The notes beneath the pieces were generated by a model. That model saw only the letters and a program-made list of their open reading frames with translations, did not search any database and had not been told where the DNA came from. Source: Bdellovibrionota bacterium (GTDB taxonomy: Bacteria; Bdellovibrionota; UBA1018; UBA923). Taken from it: a stretch of 29,158 bases of DNA. Location: contig JBFMCE010000053.1 of assembly GCA_040754655.1 (NCBI GenBank), forward strand, positions 1 through 29,158. Direction: 5' to 3'. Below are positions 17,580 through 27,145 of the stretch, in pieces. Positions within the stretch are counted from its first letter, which is position 1. Each line of letters begins with the position of its first letter. Position numbers and translations under genes: made by a program.

Positions 17580-18945
17580 CTTTTCGCAATTCGGCGGAAA
17601 TCGCCTTCGGATCGCCAGCAATCACGGTCGTCATTTGATCCAAACGAACGTATTTTTTCACCGCCGCTCTGAGCCCTTCCAATGTGACCTTATTGATCGA
17701 GCTTTGATAGGTGTCTAGGAAATCAATCGGAAGCCCGTTGAGCAACCCGCTGAAAAATGTGCTCGCAATCACATAACGGTTTTGCAGAGCCAACGGAAAA
17801 GAGCCGTTGATGAAGTCTTTTGCGAATTGAAGCTCCTCCTGGGAGATGTTTCCACCCGCGAAATCTTTCATGAGTTTATTCACTTCCAAAAGCAATTCCG
17901 AAACCTTTTCATTGCGCGTCGAGGTTGAAATCGTAAATATGCCTGTTTCGGCTCCAAAGTCGAACCCCGCGCTGATTCCATAAGTGAGGTTCAGTTTTTC
18001 CCGAATCACCTGGTTCATCCTCGAAAGGTAGTAACCGCTCAAGATGGTTTCAGCGACTCGCAGCTCAAAAAACTCAGGGATCAATCTCTTCGGCCCGAGG
18101 AATCCCATCCTGATGTGCGCTTCCGAAATGCCGGGGCGCTCGAGCAGAAGGACCTCGTTTCGAGCAAGCTTCCAAGACGGGAAAACCCATTTTCTGCCCT
18201 TGCGGGGCGCTGTGCCGCATTTCTCGCAAGGAAGAAGCTCAAGATTCCTCATGACCTTCGCCGCGATTTCACTAGCCCGTTTGCCGCCAACCACCAAGAC
18301 CTTAAGGCGATCCGTGCGCAGGAGATGGGAATAGTATGCGCGCACCTCGGCCAAGGTCAGTTTTTTCACATCGTTCTTAAACCCAGAACTTGGTCTTGCC
18401 CGCGATGTCCCGTTGAAAATCAACAAGTCCAAGACGTGGCTTGCGATGGCCCCCGGCGAGTCGGGCAACTGTTCGATGCTATCGACGTGGTTTGCTTTGA
18501 GCCTTAAGAAGGGCTTTTCAGGAAAGGTTGGCGTTGTGATCTGATTGAACATGAGATCTACGATCTCATCGACATGCTCATTCAAACCATAGGCCGTCAC
18601 GAAGGTACGGTCGTCTGAGACCGAGAAATCTATGCCTGCAGCCAAGTCATCTGTTTTCCTAAAAATGGCGTCCTCATCCATGCCGGGAATGCCTCTCCTC
18701 AGCATCGCCGTTGAAAAGGCTCCGATGCCCGATTTCAACTCGGGATCCCATTCACTTCCTCCCGAAAAAACCAGGTCGACCTGAAAGATGGGTAGATTGG
18801 GGCTTGGAAAAAAATAAACCGGTATCCCATTCCTGGTTTTCAAGACCTCATGCTCAGGAACGATCGTTCGAGCTTGGCTTGTCGCCGCGAATAGAGGCAG
18901 CAAGAATAAGAGCGATGCGAAAACAGTTCTAAGAACGGCCTTCAC
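17536..18945 (-). CDS. M16B peptidase family, non-catalytic subunit, exported
   Basis: Signal peptide (SQA|R); M16 layout without HxxEH; SRMNQVIREKLNLTYGI substrate-binding R/Y motif; GTGA overlap with the partner gene. Confidence 0.88.
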   Translation of the reverse strand: MKAVLRTVFASLLFLLPLFAATSQARTIVPEHEVLKTRNGIPVYFFPSPNLPIFQVDLVFSGGSEWDPELKSGIGAFSTAMLRRGIPGMDEDAIFRKTDDLAAGIDFSVSDDRTFVTAYGLNEHVDEIVDLMFNQITTPTFPEKPFLRLKANHVDSIEQLPDSPGAIASHVLDLLIFNGTSRARPSSGFKNDVKKLTLAEVRAYYSHLLRTDRLKVLVVGGKRASEIAAKVMRNLELLPCEKCGTAPRKGRKWVFPSWKLARNEVLLLERPGISEAHIRMGFLGPKRLIPEFFELRVAETILSGYYLSRMNQVIREKLNLTYGISAGFDFGAETGIFTISTSTRNEKVSELLLEVNKLMKDFAGGNISQEELQFAKDFINGSFPLALQNRYVIASTFFSGLLNGLPIDFLDTYQSSINKVTLEGLRAAVKKYVRLDQMTTVIAGDPKAISAELRKAKMKYRQEAPRKYL

Positions 18946-20309
18946 TTGCCGCCTCTCTTGCTTGCTCCGGGCTTCATGACCGCCACAACCCTATTTTCCT
19001 TTCGTAAATACTTCATGGCCATTTCCTGCAGGTCTTTCGGCGTGACTTGATGATACGCATCAAGCACCTTGTAAACATGGCGATAATCGTTCCAGTAAAA
19101 CTCGCCGCTCGCCAACCAACTCGCGATCCCCGCGGGCGATTTCGCTTCGTTCACGGTGGCGTAAATCAAGGCATTCTTCACACGCGCCAGTTCGTCCTCA
19201 GATGGAGGGGTTCTCTGGATTTCCTCGATGAGGCGATCAAGCTCGCGTTCGACGACTTGCGCCCCGATTCCATGCTTCATCTCAGCCCAGATGAAAAAGA
19301 GAAAGGGAAACCGCTTGAACGATGCGTCGGCTCCGACATTCAAAGCGATGTGCTTCTCGCGAACAAGCCTGAGATTGGCTCGACTGCTGCTCATGCCAAA
19401 CAAAGTCCAAGCCAGCATTGAAAGCTTTTCGGCGTCTTCGCTGTACATCGACGGAACGTAATATCCCATCACGATCGACTCGGCCTTCACCGGCCGATAA
19501 ATCTCAGAACGCGCTTCCTTGCCCGAGGTCTTCTCTTCATCCAGTTTTATCTGCGGGACAGGATGCCCTTTGATCGGGCCATAGTATTTCCTGATCCACT
19601 CGCGCGTTTTTTGGTAATCAAAGTCGCCCGCAATCGTAATGACGGCATTGGCGGGTTGGTAATAGGTCTTAAAGAATTCGACGCACTCCTCGAGTGAAAG
19701 CCTGTTCAAGTCTTCTTGATAACCGATGATCGGCCAACCGTAAGGATGCTTAGAAAACGCCATCTTTTGAAGATGTTCAATCAATTGGGCGGTGAAATTG
19801 CTGTCAACGCGGAGCCTACGCTCTTCTTTGACCACCTCACGCTCTGAATCAAGGTCGGCCTTTGTGAAGCGCAAATTAGACAGCCGGTCAGCCTCCATCT
19901 CGATCACCATTTCAAGATGCTGGGACGCGATGACCTCGTAATAGACGGTCGCGTCTTGCTGGGTGAAAGCGTTGACCACGGCTCCCTTGCTCTCAAGCCT
20001 TTGATAAAATTCCTTCGCGCTGAACCTTGGCGTCCCCTTGAACATCATGTGTTCAAACAAATGCGCGATGCCGGTTGAGCCGGGCTTTTCCCAAGCCGAG
20101 CCCACTTTGAACCATGTCGTATAACTCACGACTGGCACTGACCGGTCTTCCACGTAAAGAATGGTCAGCCCGTTCGGCAGAACGTCGCGGCGCACTTTAA
20201 AATCAGGGGTCCAATACTTCGACGAAGCTGAACCCAAAAAAGAAGATGAACAGCCAGAGGAAAAAACCACCAAAATGAAGGAAATCAGCGCGGCCCGGAT
20301 TGAAAACAC
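18942..20309 (-). CDS. M16B zinc peptidase, catalytic subunit, probable lipoprotein
   Basis: LPNGL, GIAHLFEHMMFKGT (HxxEH), NAFT, EREVVKEERR; lipobox-like SSG-C. Confidence 0.92.
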   Translation of the reverse strand: MFSIRAALISFILVVFSSGCSSSFLGSASSKYWTPDFKVRRDVLPNGLTILYVEDRSVPVVSYTTWFKVGSAWEKPGSTGIAHLFEHMMFKGTPRFSAKEFYQRLESKGAVVNAFTQQDATVYYEVIASQHLEMVIEMEADRLSNLRFTKADLDSEREVVKEERRLRVDSNFTAQLIEHLQKMAFSKHPYGWPIIGYQEDLNRLSLEECVEFFKTYYQPANAVITIAGDFDYQKTREWIRKYYGPIKGHPVPQIKLDEEKTSGKEARSEIYRPVKAESIVMGYYVPSMYSEDAEKLSMLAWTLFGMSSSRANLRLVREKHIALNVGADASFKRFPFLFFIWAEMKHGIGAQVVERELDRLIEEIQRTPPSEDELARVKNALIYATVNEAKSPAGIASWLASGEFYWNDYRHVYKVLDAYHQVTPKDLQEMAMKYLRKENRVVAVMKPGASKRGGK

Positions 20310-20312
20310 GGT

Positions 20313-21308
20313 CTAGACCCAGCCATTTTCCCGATACCAGGCAACGGTATGCGCCATCCCTCTTTGCAAGTCCCACTTTGGCTTGAACCCCAAGACGCTT
20401 TGGGCATGATCACTCGAGAAAATCCAGTAGTCTGGATCAAGCTCGTTGAGTTTGTCCAAGGTCAGCGGAAATTGCTTTTTCAAAACTTTGCCGGCGACGC
20501 TGTAAGCCGCCGCGATGCTCAGCCAAACAAAACGCGGCAACGGCAACCTCAAGGGACGCTTCCCCAGAGCATCCGCCATCGTCTTCATCACTTGGGTCCA
20601 ACTGTGGACTTGACCGTCGCTCAAGAAAAAAACCTCGTAGCGCTTCTGGCTCTCGGCAAGACCTGCTAACAAGATGCCGTCCACCAAGTCTTCAACATAG
20701 ATCATGCTGAAGTACTTTTCGCGCGTTTCATTTTTGGCCGGAAAAATCGGCGCGACACCCGAATTGACAAGCTTCACGAACTCAAAAATCCCGCGGTCAC
20801 GAGGTCCATAGACGGCCGGGGGCCGTACGACCGTCACCGGGAAAATACCGGCAAACGCCTCGAGTTGTTTTTCACCGCCGAGCTTGCTTTCCCCATACGC
20901 CGAAATGGGTAGAGCGGTATCGGATTCGCGTTTAGGGCTTAACGATAGCGCTGGTCCCGTCGCGGCGACGCTGCTCACGTACACAAATCGCTTTAAACCC
21001 GGGTTTGCTTCGGCGCATGCCTTCGCTAAATTACCGGTACCCGTGGCGTTGTGGAGAAAAAACTCCTCTCGTGACCTTGCGCTTATGCTCCCTGCGACAT
21101 GAAAAACGACGTCGATTCCTTTTACGACTTCTTTGAGCGAGGCTGCATCGCACAAGTCCCCAAGCGCAGTTTCAAAATCAAGGCCTTGCAAATTCCCACG
21201 GGGGCTTGTTTTCCTCAAGAGGGCCCGGACTTTGATGTTCTTGGCATTCAACTGCCGAATCAATTCGCTTCCGATAAAGCCGCTTCCGCCGGTTACCAAT
21301 GCTTGCAT
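20313..21308 (-). CDS. NAD-dependent epimerase/dehydratase (extended SDR)
   Basis: VTGGSGFIG, VFHVAG, YGESK (YxxxK), RPPAVYGP. Confidence 0.92.
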   Translation of the reverse strand: MQALVTGGSGFIGSELIRQLNAKNIKVRALLRKTSPRGNLQGLDFETALGDLCDAASLKEVVKGIDVVFHVAGSISARSREEFFLHNATGTGNLAKACAEANPGLKRFVYVSSVAATGPALSLSPKRESDTALPISAYGESKLGGEKQLEAFAGIFPVTVVRPPAVYGPRDRGIFEFVKLVNSGVAPIFPAKNETREKYFSMIYVEDLVDGILLAGLAESQKRYEVFFLSDGQVHSWTQVMKTMADALGKRPLRLPLPRFVWLSIAAAYSVAGKVLKKQFPLTLDKLNELDPDYWIFSSDHAQSVLGFKPKWDLQRGMAHTVAWYRENGWV

Positions 21309-21316
21309 AAGAAAAA

Positions 21317-21345
21317 GTTCTATGAGACACGCCCTCTGAAGTCAA
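21317..21345 (-). promoter_or_regulatory. Putative sigma70-type promoter directly upstream of the epimerase ATG
   Basis: TTGACT-N17-TAGAAC-N8-ATG; no SD. Confidence 0.45.
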
Positions 21346-21364
21346 TCCAACTCAGGCTCAATCT

Positions 21365-22201
21365 ATGCAAGATCCAGCATATCCTTCACCGAAATGGTGG
21401 CCAAGAGTTCCACGTACCAAGCCGCCCAAACCTATCCGCGGCACGATATTGACCGTTTTAGGTTGCGGTACATCAACCGGCGTTCCATTACTCGCTTGTC
21501 GATGCGCCACTTGCAGGTCAAAGGATCCTCGCAACAACCGAAGCAGGGCAAGCGTGTTCGTGCAGGCAAAAGGCTCAACCTTCTTGATCGACACCTCGCC
21601 TGACCTCAGGCTTCAATGCATGAGAAATAAGATCTTCTGGGTGGATGCCGCTCTATTTACCCATCCGCATGCGGATCACATTCATGGGCTGGATGATCTT
21701 CGGAGCCTCAACTTCCTCATGGCCAAACGCATTCCGTGCTACGGAAACTCGTGGCTGATCGAGAGTTTGCAGAACAAATTCGACTATATTTTCAAGAAAA
21801 CGCAGATCGGCGGAGGAAAACCCATGCTTGATCTTCATGTTCTGACGCGGCCGAAAATGATCGCGGGCGCCAAGGTCATTCCGCTTGAGTTGATCCATGG
21901 TCGAATGCCCGTGCTGGGATTTCGCATCAATGATATTGCTTACATCACCGACTGCAGCTATATTCCCGACCGAACTTTTAGGTATTTGAAAAATTTGAGT
22001 GTTCTCGTGTTGGACTGCTTGCGTCCTGCGCAGCACGAGACGCATTTGAACGTTGAAGCATCGCTTGCGATTGCCAAAAGAATCGCAGCCAAGCGCACGT
22101 ACCTTACCCATATGGGTCACGAGCTTGAATACAATGCATTTAAGCGTTCATTGCCTCGAGGAATAGTGCCAGCGTATGACGGTCTTAAGATTCGAGCCTA
22201 G
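21365..22201 (+). CDS. PhnP-like MBL-fold metallo-hydrolase
   Basis: LGCGTSTGVP, CRCATC, LIDTSPD, THPHADHIHG, YITD, LTHMGH, AYDG. Confidence 0.92.
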   Translation: MQDPAYPSPKWWPRVPRTKPPKPIRGTILTVLGCGTSTGVPLLACRCATCRSKDPRNNRSRASVFVQAKGSTFLIDTSPDLRLQCMRNKIFWVDAALFTHPHADHIHGLDDLRSLNFLMAKRIPCYGNSWLIESLQNKFDYIFKKTQIGGGKPMLDLHVLTRPKMIAGAKVIPLELIHGRMPVLGFRINDIAYITDCSYIPDRTFRYLKNLSVLVLDCLRPAQHETHLNVEASLAIAKRIAAKRTYLTHMGHELEYNAFKRSLPRGIVPAYDGLKIRA

Positions 22202-22248
22202 GGCCACAAAGCAAAGCATATCGATAGAGCCAATAAGGAGGCTAAAAA

Positions 22249-23355
22249 ATGATCGTAGGGGTACCAAAAGAGATTAAGAACAATGAAAACCGAGTCGGAA
22301 TGGTTCCATCGGGTGCGAGAGCCCTGAAGCAACATGGCCATACCGTACTGGTTCAAACTCAAGCAGGCCATGGCATCGGCATTTCAGACGAAGACTACGT
22401 TAAGGCAGGCGCCACGATCGTAGGCTCGGCGAAAGAAGTCTACGCGAAAGCAGAGATGATCGTGAAGGTGAAAGAGCCTTTGCCGGAAGAGTACAATCTG
22501 CTTCGTGAAAATCAGATCTTGTACACCTACCTGCATCTCGCTCCGGCGCCTCAGCTCACCAAGGCTCTCATGGAGCGCCGAGTGATCGCGATCGCTTATG
22601 AGACGATTCAGGCTGAAGACGGATCGCTTCCGCTTCTCACCCCGATGAGCGAAGTGGCCGGCCGTATGTCGACCCAAATCGGCGCCCACCTCTTGGAAAA
22701 AGCCAACGGCGGCAAAGGAGTTCTCCTTGGAGGCGTGCCGGGCGTACCTCGCGCAACAGTGACCATTCTTGGCGGCGGCATTTCAGGCACTAATGCAGCG
22801 AAGATCGCAGCCGGCATGGGGGCTCAGGTCAATATTCTTGATGTGAGCGCGAAACGCCTTGAATATTTGGATCATATCTTTGGCGGAACCGCGCAAACTT
22901 TGTTTTCAAACTACGAGAACATCGAGAAGTCTGTAAGAGAATCTGACCTTGTCATCGGTGCTGTCCTGATCGCAGGCGCAAAAGCCCCGAAACTTGTGAG
23001 CAAAGACCTTGTTTCAGAAATGTCCCCGGGTTCGGTGATTGTTGATATCGCCGTTGACCAAGGTGGTTGCATCGAAACATGCACTCCGACCAGCCACGAC
23101 AATCCGACTTACACGGTGGATGGGGTCATTCATTACGCTGTTCCTAATATGCCAGGAGCCGTAGCCAGAACCTCAACCTACGCGCTCACCAATGTCACCA
23201 TGAAATACGGGTTGATGCTTGCCGACCTTGGCTTCAAAGAAGCGGTCTCGAAGGATCCAGCTCTTTATAAAGGCGTGAATGTCTACAACGGCAAGGTAGC
23301 TTACCTTCAAGTCGCGAAAGACTTAGGCCTGCCCTATGAGCCTGTGAGAGTCTAG
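22249..23355 (+). CDS. ald: Alanine dehydrogenase
   Basis: GVPKEIKNNENRV, YLHLA, PLLTPMSEVAGR, DIAVDQGGC, NMPGAV; AAGGAGG SD. Confidence 0.98.
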   Translation: MIVGVPKEIKNNENRVGMVPSGARALKQHGHTVLVQTQAGHGIGISDEDYVKAGATIVGSAKEVYAKAEMIVKVKEPLPEEYNLLRENQILYTYLHLAPAPQLTKALMERRVIAIAYETIQAEDGSLPLLTPMSEVAGRMSTQIGAHLLEKANGGKGVLLGGVPGVPRATVTILGGGISGTNAAKIAAGMGAQVNILDVSAKRLEYLDHIFGGTAQTLFSNYENIEKSVRESDLVIGAVLIAGAKAPKLVSKDLVSEMSPGSVIVDIAVDQGGCIETCTPTSHDNPTYTVDGVIHYAVPNMPGAVARTSTYALTNVTMKYGLMLADLGFKEAVSKDPALYKGVNVYNGKVAYLQVAKDLGLPYEPVRV

Positions 23356-23360
23356 TCGCC

Positions 23361-24803
23361 TTGCATGTGATAGGCGTTGCTGAGCTTGGATTGTTGCTGC
23401 TTTCCCTGCTGGGCTCTCTCGCGTGGGCTTTGCGTCTTTACAGCAATTGGACTTTTGATTTTGGCTCTTATTACGTGGCGGCCCAGTTTGCTTCCGAACA
23501 ATACCAAATGTTTCGGGATCATATCGACCACAAGGGCCCTGTTTACTCGCTGTTTCTCAAAATGATCGGATTGGTCATTGGGTATGGGAGCTGGCAAGCT
23601 TACATCTCATTAGCCGTTACCGCGTGGATTTTTCTTCTTTCGATGCTCTGGATCGCTAAGCAGCATGGCAGAAGCATCCGGGAACGTGCATTTTACCTCT
23701 TTTTAGGGCTTGCATCGCTTGTGTTTCAAACGCCCAACAGTTCATTGCCCCTCTTGCAGCTGACCACCCTTTTTCTTTTCTTTCAGTGGGGATGGAAGGC
23801 TTCCCGGAAAACAACGCTTGATTGGAAAACGGCCTTTGCGATGTCGTTTTTCTTTGCACTCAGTTTTCTCAACCGCATCGATTCTGTTTTCTATTCTCCA
23901 TTGTTTTTGGTGGTCGCATTGACGCGCGCGCGAACCGACGCTTTTGGCAGCAGGTTACTTAAGCTTGGGCTCACCAGCATCATCGCGATAACGGCAATCG
24001 TTGCGATTTCTGTGGTTTCACTGCACATTTCTTCCGTACGCGACATGATGGAAGTCAATTTCATCGTAAACCGTGACTATCGCCTCATGGCCACGGGTTA
24101 TGCCGTGACTTTGGAGCGTTTGTTCTTTAGGCCATTGCACCTAAAGCTTGCCCTGCAAAACGGCCTGATTTTAAGTTTGCTGCTTACGCTCTATTCACAG
24201 CGTCGCAGCCTGAATAGGCAAGCATTCAAGCGTTGGAAAAAAAGGCCTGAGTTCTTCTTTCTCTTTTCGATCGCCGTCCTCTGCATAGGGCTTTACATCT
24301 ACACTTGCTCTGAAAAAGATTACCATTTGCTCATCTTGTATCCGCTGTTCTTTTTTGTGATCGCTTTTGAACGCTCGCGATGGATTCATCGCCTCGTGTT
24401 GGTCGCGCTGCTTTCAGTTCCCTTTGCATTTGACGTGTATTCCAGAGGTCTGAAAAGCCTTCATTTTAGCTTCAAATCACCGGCGGAACAGGAGCTGATA
24501 GAAGTGTTACAAGATCATCCAAACTATTTAAGCCTCTTTGGAGCGCCTTGGGTTTATTCACTCACTGGAATGCGGCCTCGCTTCGGCGCAGTAACGCACG
24601 TTTACTTGAACCGCATTTTCGCGGACCTGCAAGCCGCTAGAAAACTGAGAAATGAACTTAAGTTTTTAAAACCAGGCGACGTTGTCATCGTAGATGCTGG
24701 CAACGCTAAAACATCAGTCATTGATGAGTATTCGCAGGTAATGGCCAATAGCGAGGTCATCAAAACGATTGGCAACGCTTATGAAGTAAGAAGGCTGCGG
24801 TAA
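23361..24803 (+). CDS. Polytopic membrane protein, GT-C-like (ArnT/PMT_2-type) glycosyltransferase
   Basis: Many hydrophobic segments; first-loop D...Y...RDHIDHKGP motif; soluble C-terminal domain. Start uncertain (TTG). Confidence 0.6.
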   Translation: MHVIGVAELGLLLLSLLGSLAWALRLYSNWTFDFGSYYVAAQFASEQYQMFRDHIDHKGPVYSLFLKMIGLVIGYGSWQAYISLAVTAWIFLLSMLWIAKQHGRSIRERAFYLFLGLASLVFQTPNSSLPLLQLTTLFLFFQWGWKASRKTTLDWKTAFAMSFFFALSFLNRIDSVFYSPLFLVVALTRARTDAFGSRLLKLGLTSIIAITAIVAISVVSLHISSVRDMMEVNFIVNRDYRLMATGYAVTLERLFFRPLHLKLALQNGLILSLLLTLYSQRRSLNRQAFKRWKKRPEFFFLFSIAVLCIGLYIYTCSEKDYHLLILYPLFFFVIAFERSRWIHRLVLVALLSVPFAFDVYSRGLKSLHFSFKSPAEQELIEVLQDHPNYLSLFGAPWVYSLTGMRPRFGAVTHVYLNRIFADLQAARKLRNELKFLKPGDVVIVDAGNAKTSVIDEYSQVMANSEVIKTIGNAYEVRRLR

Positions 24804-24873
24804 GTTTGAGTTAAAACACTGCGCTTTGACCACGAGCGATAACTATTATGAAGAATCTTTATCGCCGAATCCT

Positions 24874-24902
24874 TTGCACCCCGCTCAAATCGCATTTATA
24901 CT
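24874..24902 (+). promoter_or_regulatory. Sigma70-type promoter with leaderless geometry
   Basis: TTGCAC (24874-24879), N17, TATACT (24897-24902), N7, ATG 24910; no SD. Confidence 0.65.
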
Positions 24903-24909
24903 TTTATCT

Positions 24910-25446
24910 ATGGCAGCAGAAGGCGGTGGCGCAGCAGAAGAAGCAGGCGGCGGGGAAGCCCCGAAACCAAGGGCAAAACCCAGCCTGCAAATGATCATTC
25001 TTTTGGCAAATATGGCGTTGGGCCTAGCCGCGCTTGGCGTGTTCGCGTACACGAAATTGCTCTACCAAAAACCTGCAATCACTGAGCAAGCTGAGCTTCA
25101 GAAAAAAGAAGAAGAAGCAAAAGCCAGTTCGGCTCCTGAAGGGCCAGTGATGGTGGACTTCGATCAATTGGTCGTAAATATTGCGATGACCTCAGGGAAA
25201 GCCCACTATGCGACGCTTGTTTTCGCTCTTGAGTGTCGCGATCAGGAGATCGCCAGCCAGGTCAAAACCAAGAAGGCGCTCTTTATTGACAAGGTCATTT
25301 CTTCATTAGCGAAACGGCAGGTCACCGAGCTCAATACCATCCAAGGCAAGCTGCTTCTCAAGACCGAGCTCTTACGAGAGTTCAACTCGATCTCTACGCC
25401 GGGTGGGATCAACAATCTCTACTTCTCAACTTTTATAGTGCAATAG
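24910..25446 (+). CDS. fliL: Flagellar basal body-associated FliL family protein
   Basis: MAAE N-terminus, one TM segment, FDQLVVNI, GKLLLKTEL, C-terminal NLYFSTFIVQ. Confidence 0.88.
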   Translation: MAAEGGGAAEEAGGGEAPKPRAKPSLQMIILLANMALGLAALGVFAYTKLLYQKPAITEQAELQKKEEEAKASSAPEGPVMVDFDQLVVNIAMTSGKAHYATLVFALECRDQEIASQVKTKKALFIDKVISSLAKRQVTELNTIQGKLLLKTELLREFNSISTPGGINNLYFSTFIVQ

Positions 25447-25511
25447 GCTCTTCTCATATCAATGCATCTGCCGCATCGGACAAACTGCGATTAGAAGATC
25501 CTAACTCATTA

Positions 25512-27041
25512 CTAGAACGTGATGCCGACTTTTACTTGCGACGCGAACATAAAGTCCGTGTTAAATCGGGCAGGATTGCTCAAGTTGGTGAATGCAAAAT
25601 AATCCCCTGGGAAGAAAAAGCCAAAATCCCAGCCGAAAGTCACGTTTTCATCCCATTGGAATCCAAGGCCATAGTCCATTTCCCAACCCATGAACGAGGA
25701 TTGATTGCCAATTCCATCAAAAAACTGGCGGCTTTCGTGATTGTAAAACCTTCGATTTGCCGTGGCCACCTCGTCAGCGAATGCAAAAGCAAAGGTGCCC
25801 TTCAAGGTCCACTTGTCGAGTTTCGCTTTTGGAGTGATTGAGAAGTAATTGGCATTCACAATCGTCGCATCATAAGGCGAATTCAGGTTCGCTGCCGCAA
25901 CCGTATCCGGGTTGTTATTCGATAACCCATAGAGGTTGTAGTGGAACATGATAAGGCCTAAGTCATAATTCCGATTGAGATAGATCGCCCTAAATTTATT
26001 GTCACCTGCAGAACCCGGAGGTTGACCAGGAACATGGCCAGCTTTCAAATCCACATCCCAAACATCTGATGTGTAGCCACCCTCAAAAAGCACGGCGAAA
26101 GCCTTGTATTGAAATTCATTCTGGCCATCGATCGCACCTAAATCACCGTTGAAAAGCGGAAGCTCGCCGCCGATCCAGAAACGCTTCCACTTCTTCTTGG
26201 CGTAGAAGTCGAACAAATTGTAATTGATCCGGGTTGAACCTAGCGGATTGCCTGCAGCATCGCGCGCAAAAGCGATCGACTTTTGCGAGGGATTGCCAGT
26301 GCGTTTAGTCCACATCATGCCGAATTCAAAATCATCTTCTGAATTGTCATACTTCACCGCAAGATCGTAGTCAGTGATGTCGTCATGGCCTTGCGCGGTA
26401 TTTCCGTTGATCGTGGCGCCACCAACATTGTTACCCGTAGCTACTTTTACCAAAGCAGGTTGGATGTAGAAGTTCCCGAACTTGCTGGTCAATCGAATCA
26501 TGTCACCAGTGCTTTGATAACGGTCAAAGAGGTCATCGCCTGCGTCCCAGATACCACCCAAACCCCAGTCGATTGGCGCACGTCCCAATTCAATCGTCCC
26601 AAAATCAGTCTTCAGGTTAGCCCAGTAACGCTGAGCACCAACCACAAAATTATCGCGGCTAGAGTTCGTGAAAATCAACGGTTCATTCCCTGAAGAAGGA
26701 AAACTTCGCCCCAAAAACCCATAAATTGGGCTCCCTAAGTGAAGCTCGCTGCGGATATCGACGCTATCATTGACGATTACCTTGGGTTTTAATCGAAAAA
26801 ATGCCGAGTACCAGACGACATTCTTTTCGCCGACGCCAGGAACGTAAGGAGAACCTGCGTTGCGGAAACCAGGATCATTGTCGTAGCCAGGACGGCTTCG
26901 ATCAAGCTGGTAGTTGTTTAACCAGTGGTTGTCGAACCAAAACTGCCCGCTCCAATCGAGCTGAATAGCATGCGCCATGCGCAGCCCCGCAGTAGTGGTA
27001 ATGCCGACCATGAACAAAGCGATGCTGATCCAACGTTTCAT
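25512..27041 (-). CDS. Outer-membrane beta-barrel protein (possibly TIGR04551/alginate-export-like)
   Basis: Signal peptide (AHA|IQ), amphipathic aromatic strands, GRAPIDWGLG, GWEMD, C-terminal beta-signal VKVGITF; GAGAGG SD. Confidence 0.8.
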   Translation of the reverse strand: MKRWISIALFMVGITTTAGLRMAHAIQLDWSGQFWFDNHWLNNYQLDRSRPGYDNDPGFRNAGSPYVPGVGEKNVVWYSAFFRLKPKVIVNDSVDIRSELHLGSPIYGFLGRSFPSSGNEPLIFTNSSRDNFVVGAQRYWANLKTDFGTIELGRAPIDWGLGGIWDAGDDLFDRYQSTGDMIRLTSKFGNFYIQPALVKVATGNNVGGATINGNTAQGHDDITDYDLAVKYDNSEDDFEFGMMWTKRTGNPSQKSIAFARDAAGNPLGSTRINYNLFDFYAKKKWKRFWIGGELPLFNGDLGAIDGQNEFQYKAFAVLFEGGYTSDVWDVDLKAGHVPGQPPGSAGDNKFRAIYLNRNYDLGLIMFHYNLYGLSNNNPDTVAAANLNSPYDATIVNANYFSITPKAKLDKWTLKGTFAFAFADEVATANRRFYNHESRQFFDGIGNQSSFMGWEMDYGLGFQWDENVTFGWDFGFFFPGDYFAFTNLSNPARFNTDFMFASQVKVGITF

Positions 27042-27145
27042 CAAAAACCTCTCGGGAATGAAAAAACCGAAGCTTGTTTGCTTTTAAGGATTAAGAAGTC
27101 ACTATATAAGAATAAGTTAGTCAAGCCTTACAGGACACCAGGAAC

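Noticed and set aside
21365..22201. PhnP-like hydrolase as the cGAMP phosphodiesterase partner
   Set aside because: A widespread family, 6.6 kb away in another transcription unit. The cGAMP phosphodiesterases I know in these lineages are HD-GYP proteins.
24826..24909. N-terminal extensions in the ORF track (also 1526, 8998, 16442, 27044)
   Set aside because: They overlap promoters, SD sites or the opposite gene; downstream ATGs give family-typical N-termini.
27059..27078. Minus-strand AAGC-UUCG-GUUU hairpin plus U-run in the barrel gene leader, as an attenuator
   Set aside because: A 4-bp stem with only one G-C pair is too weak to call.
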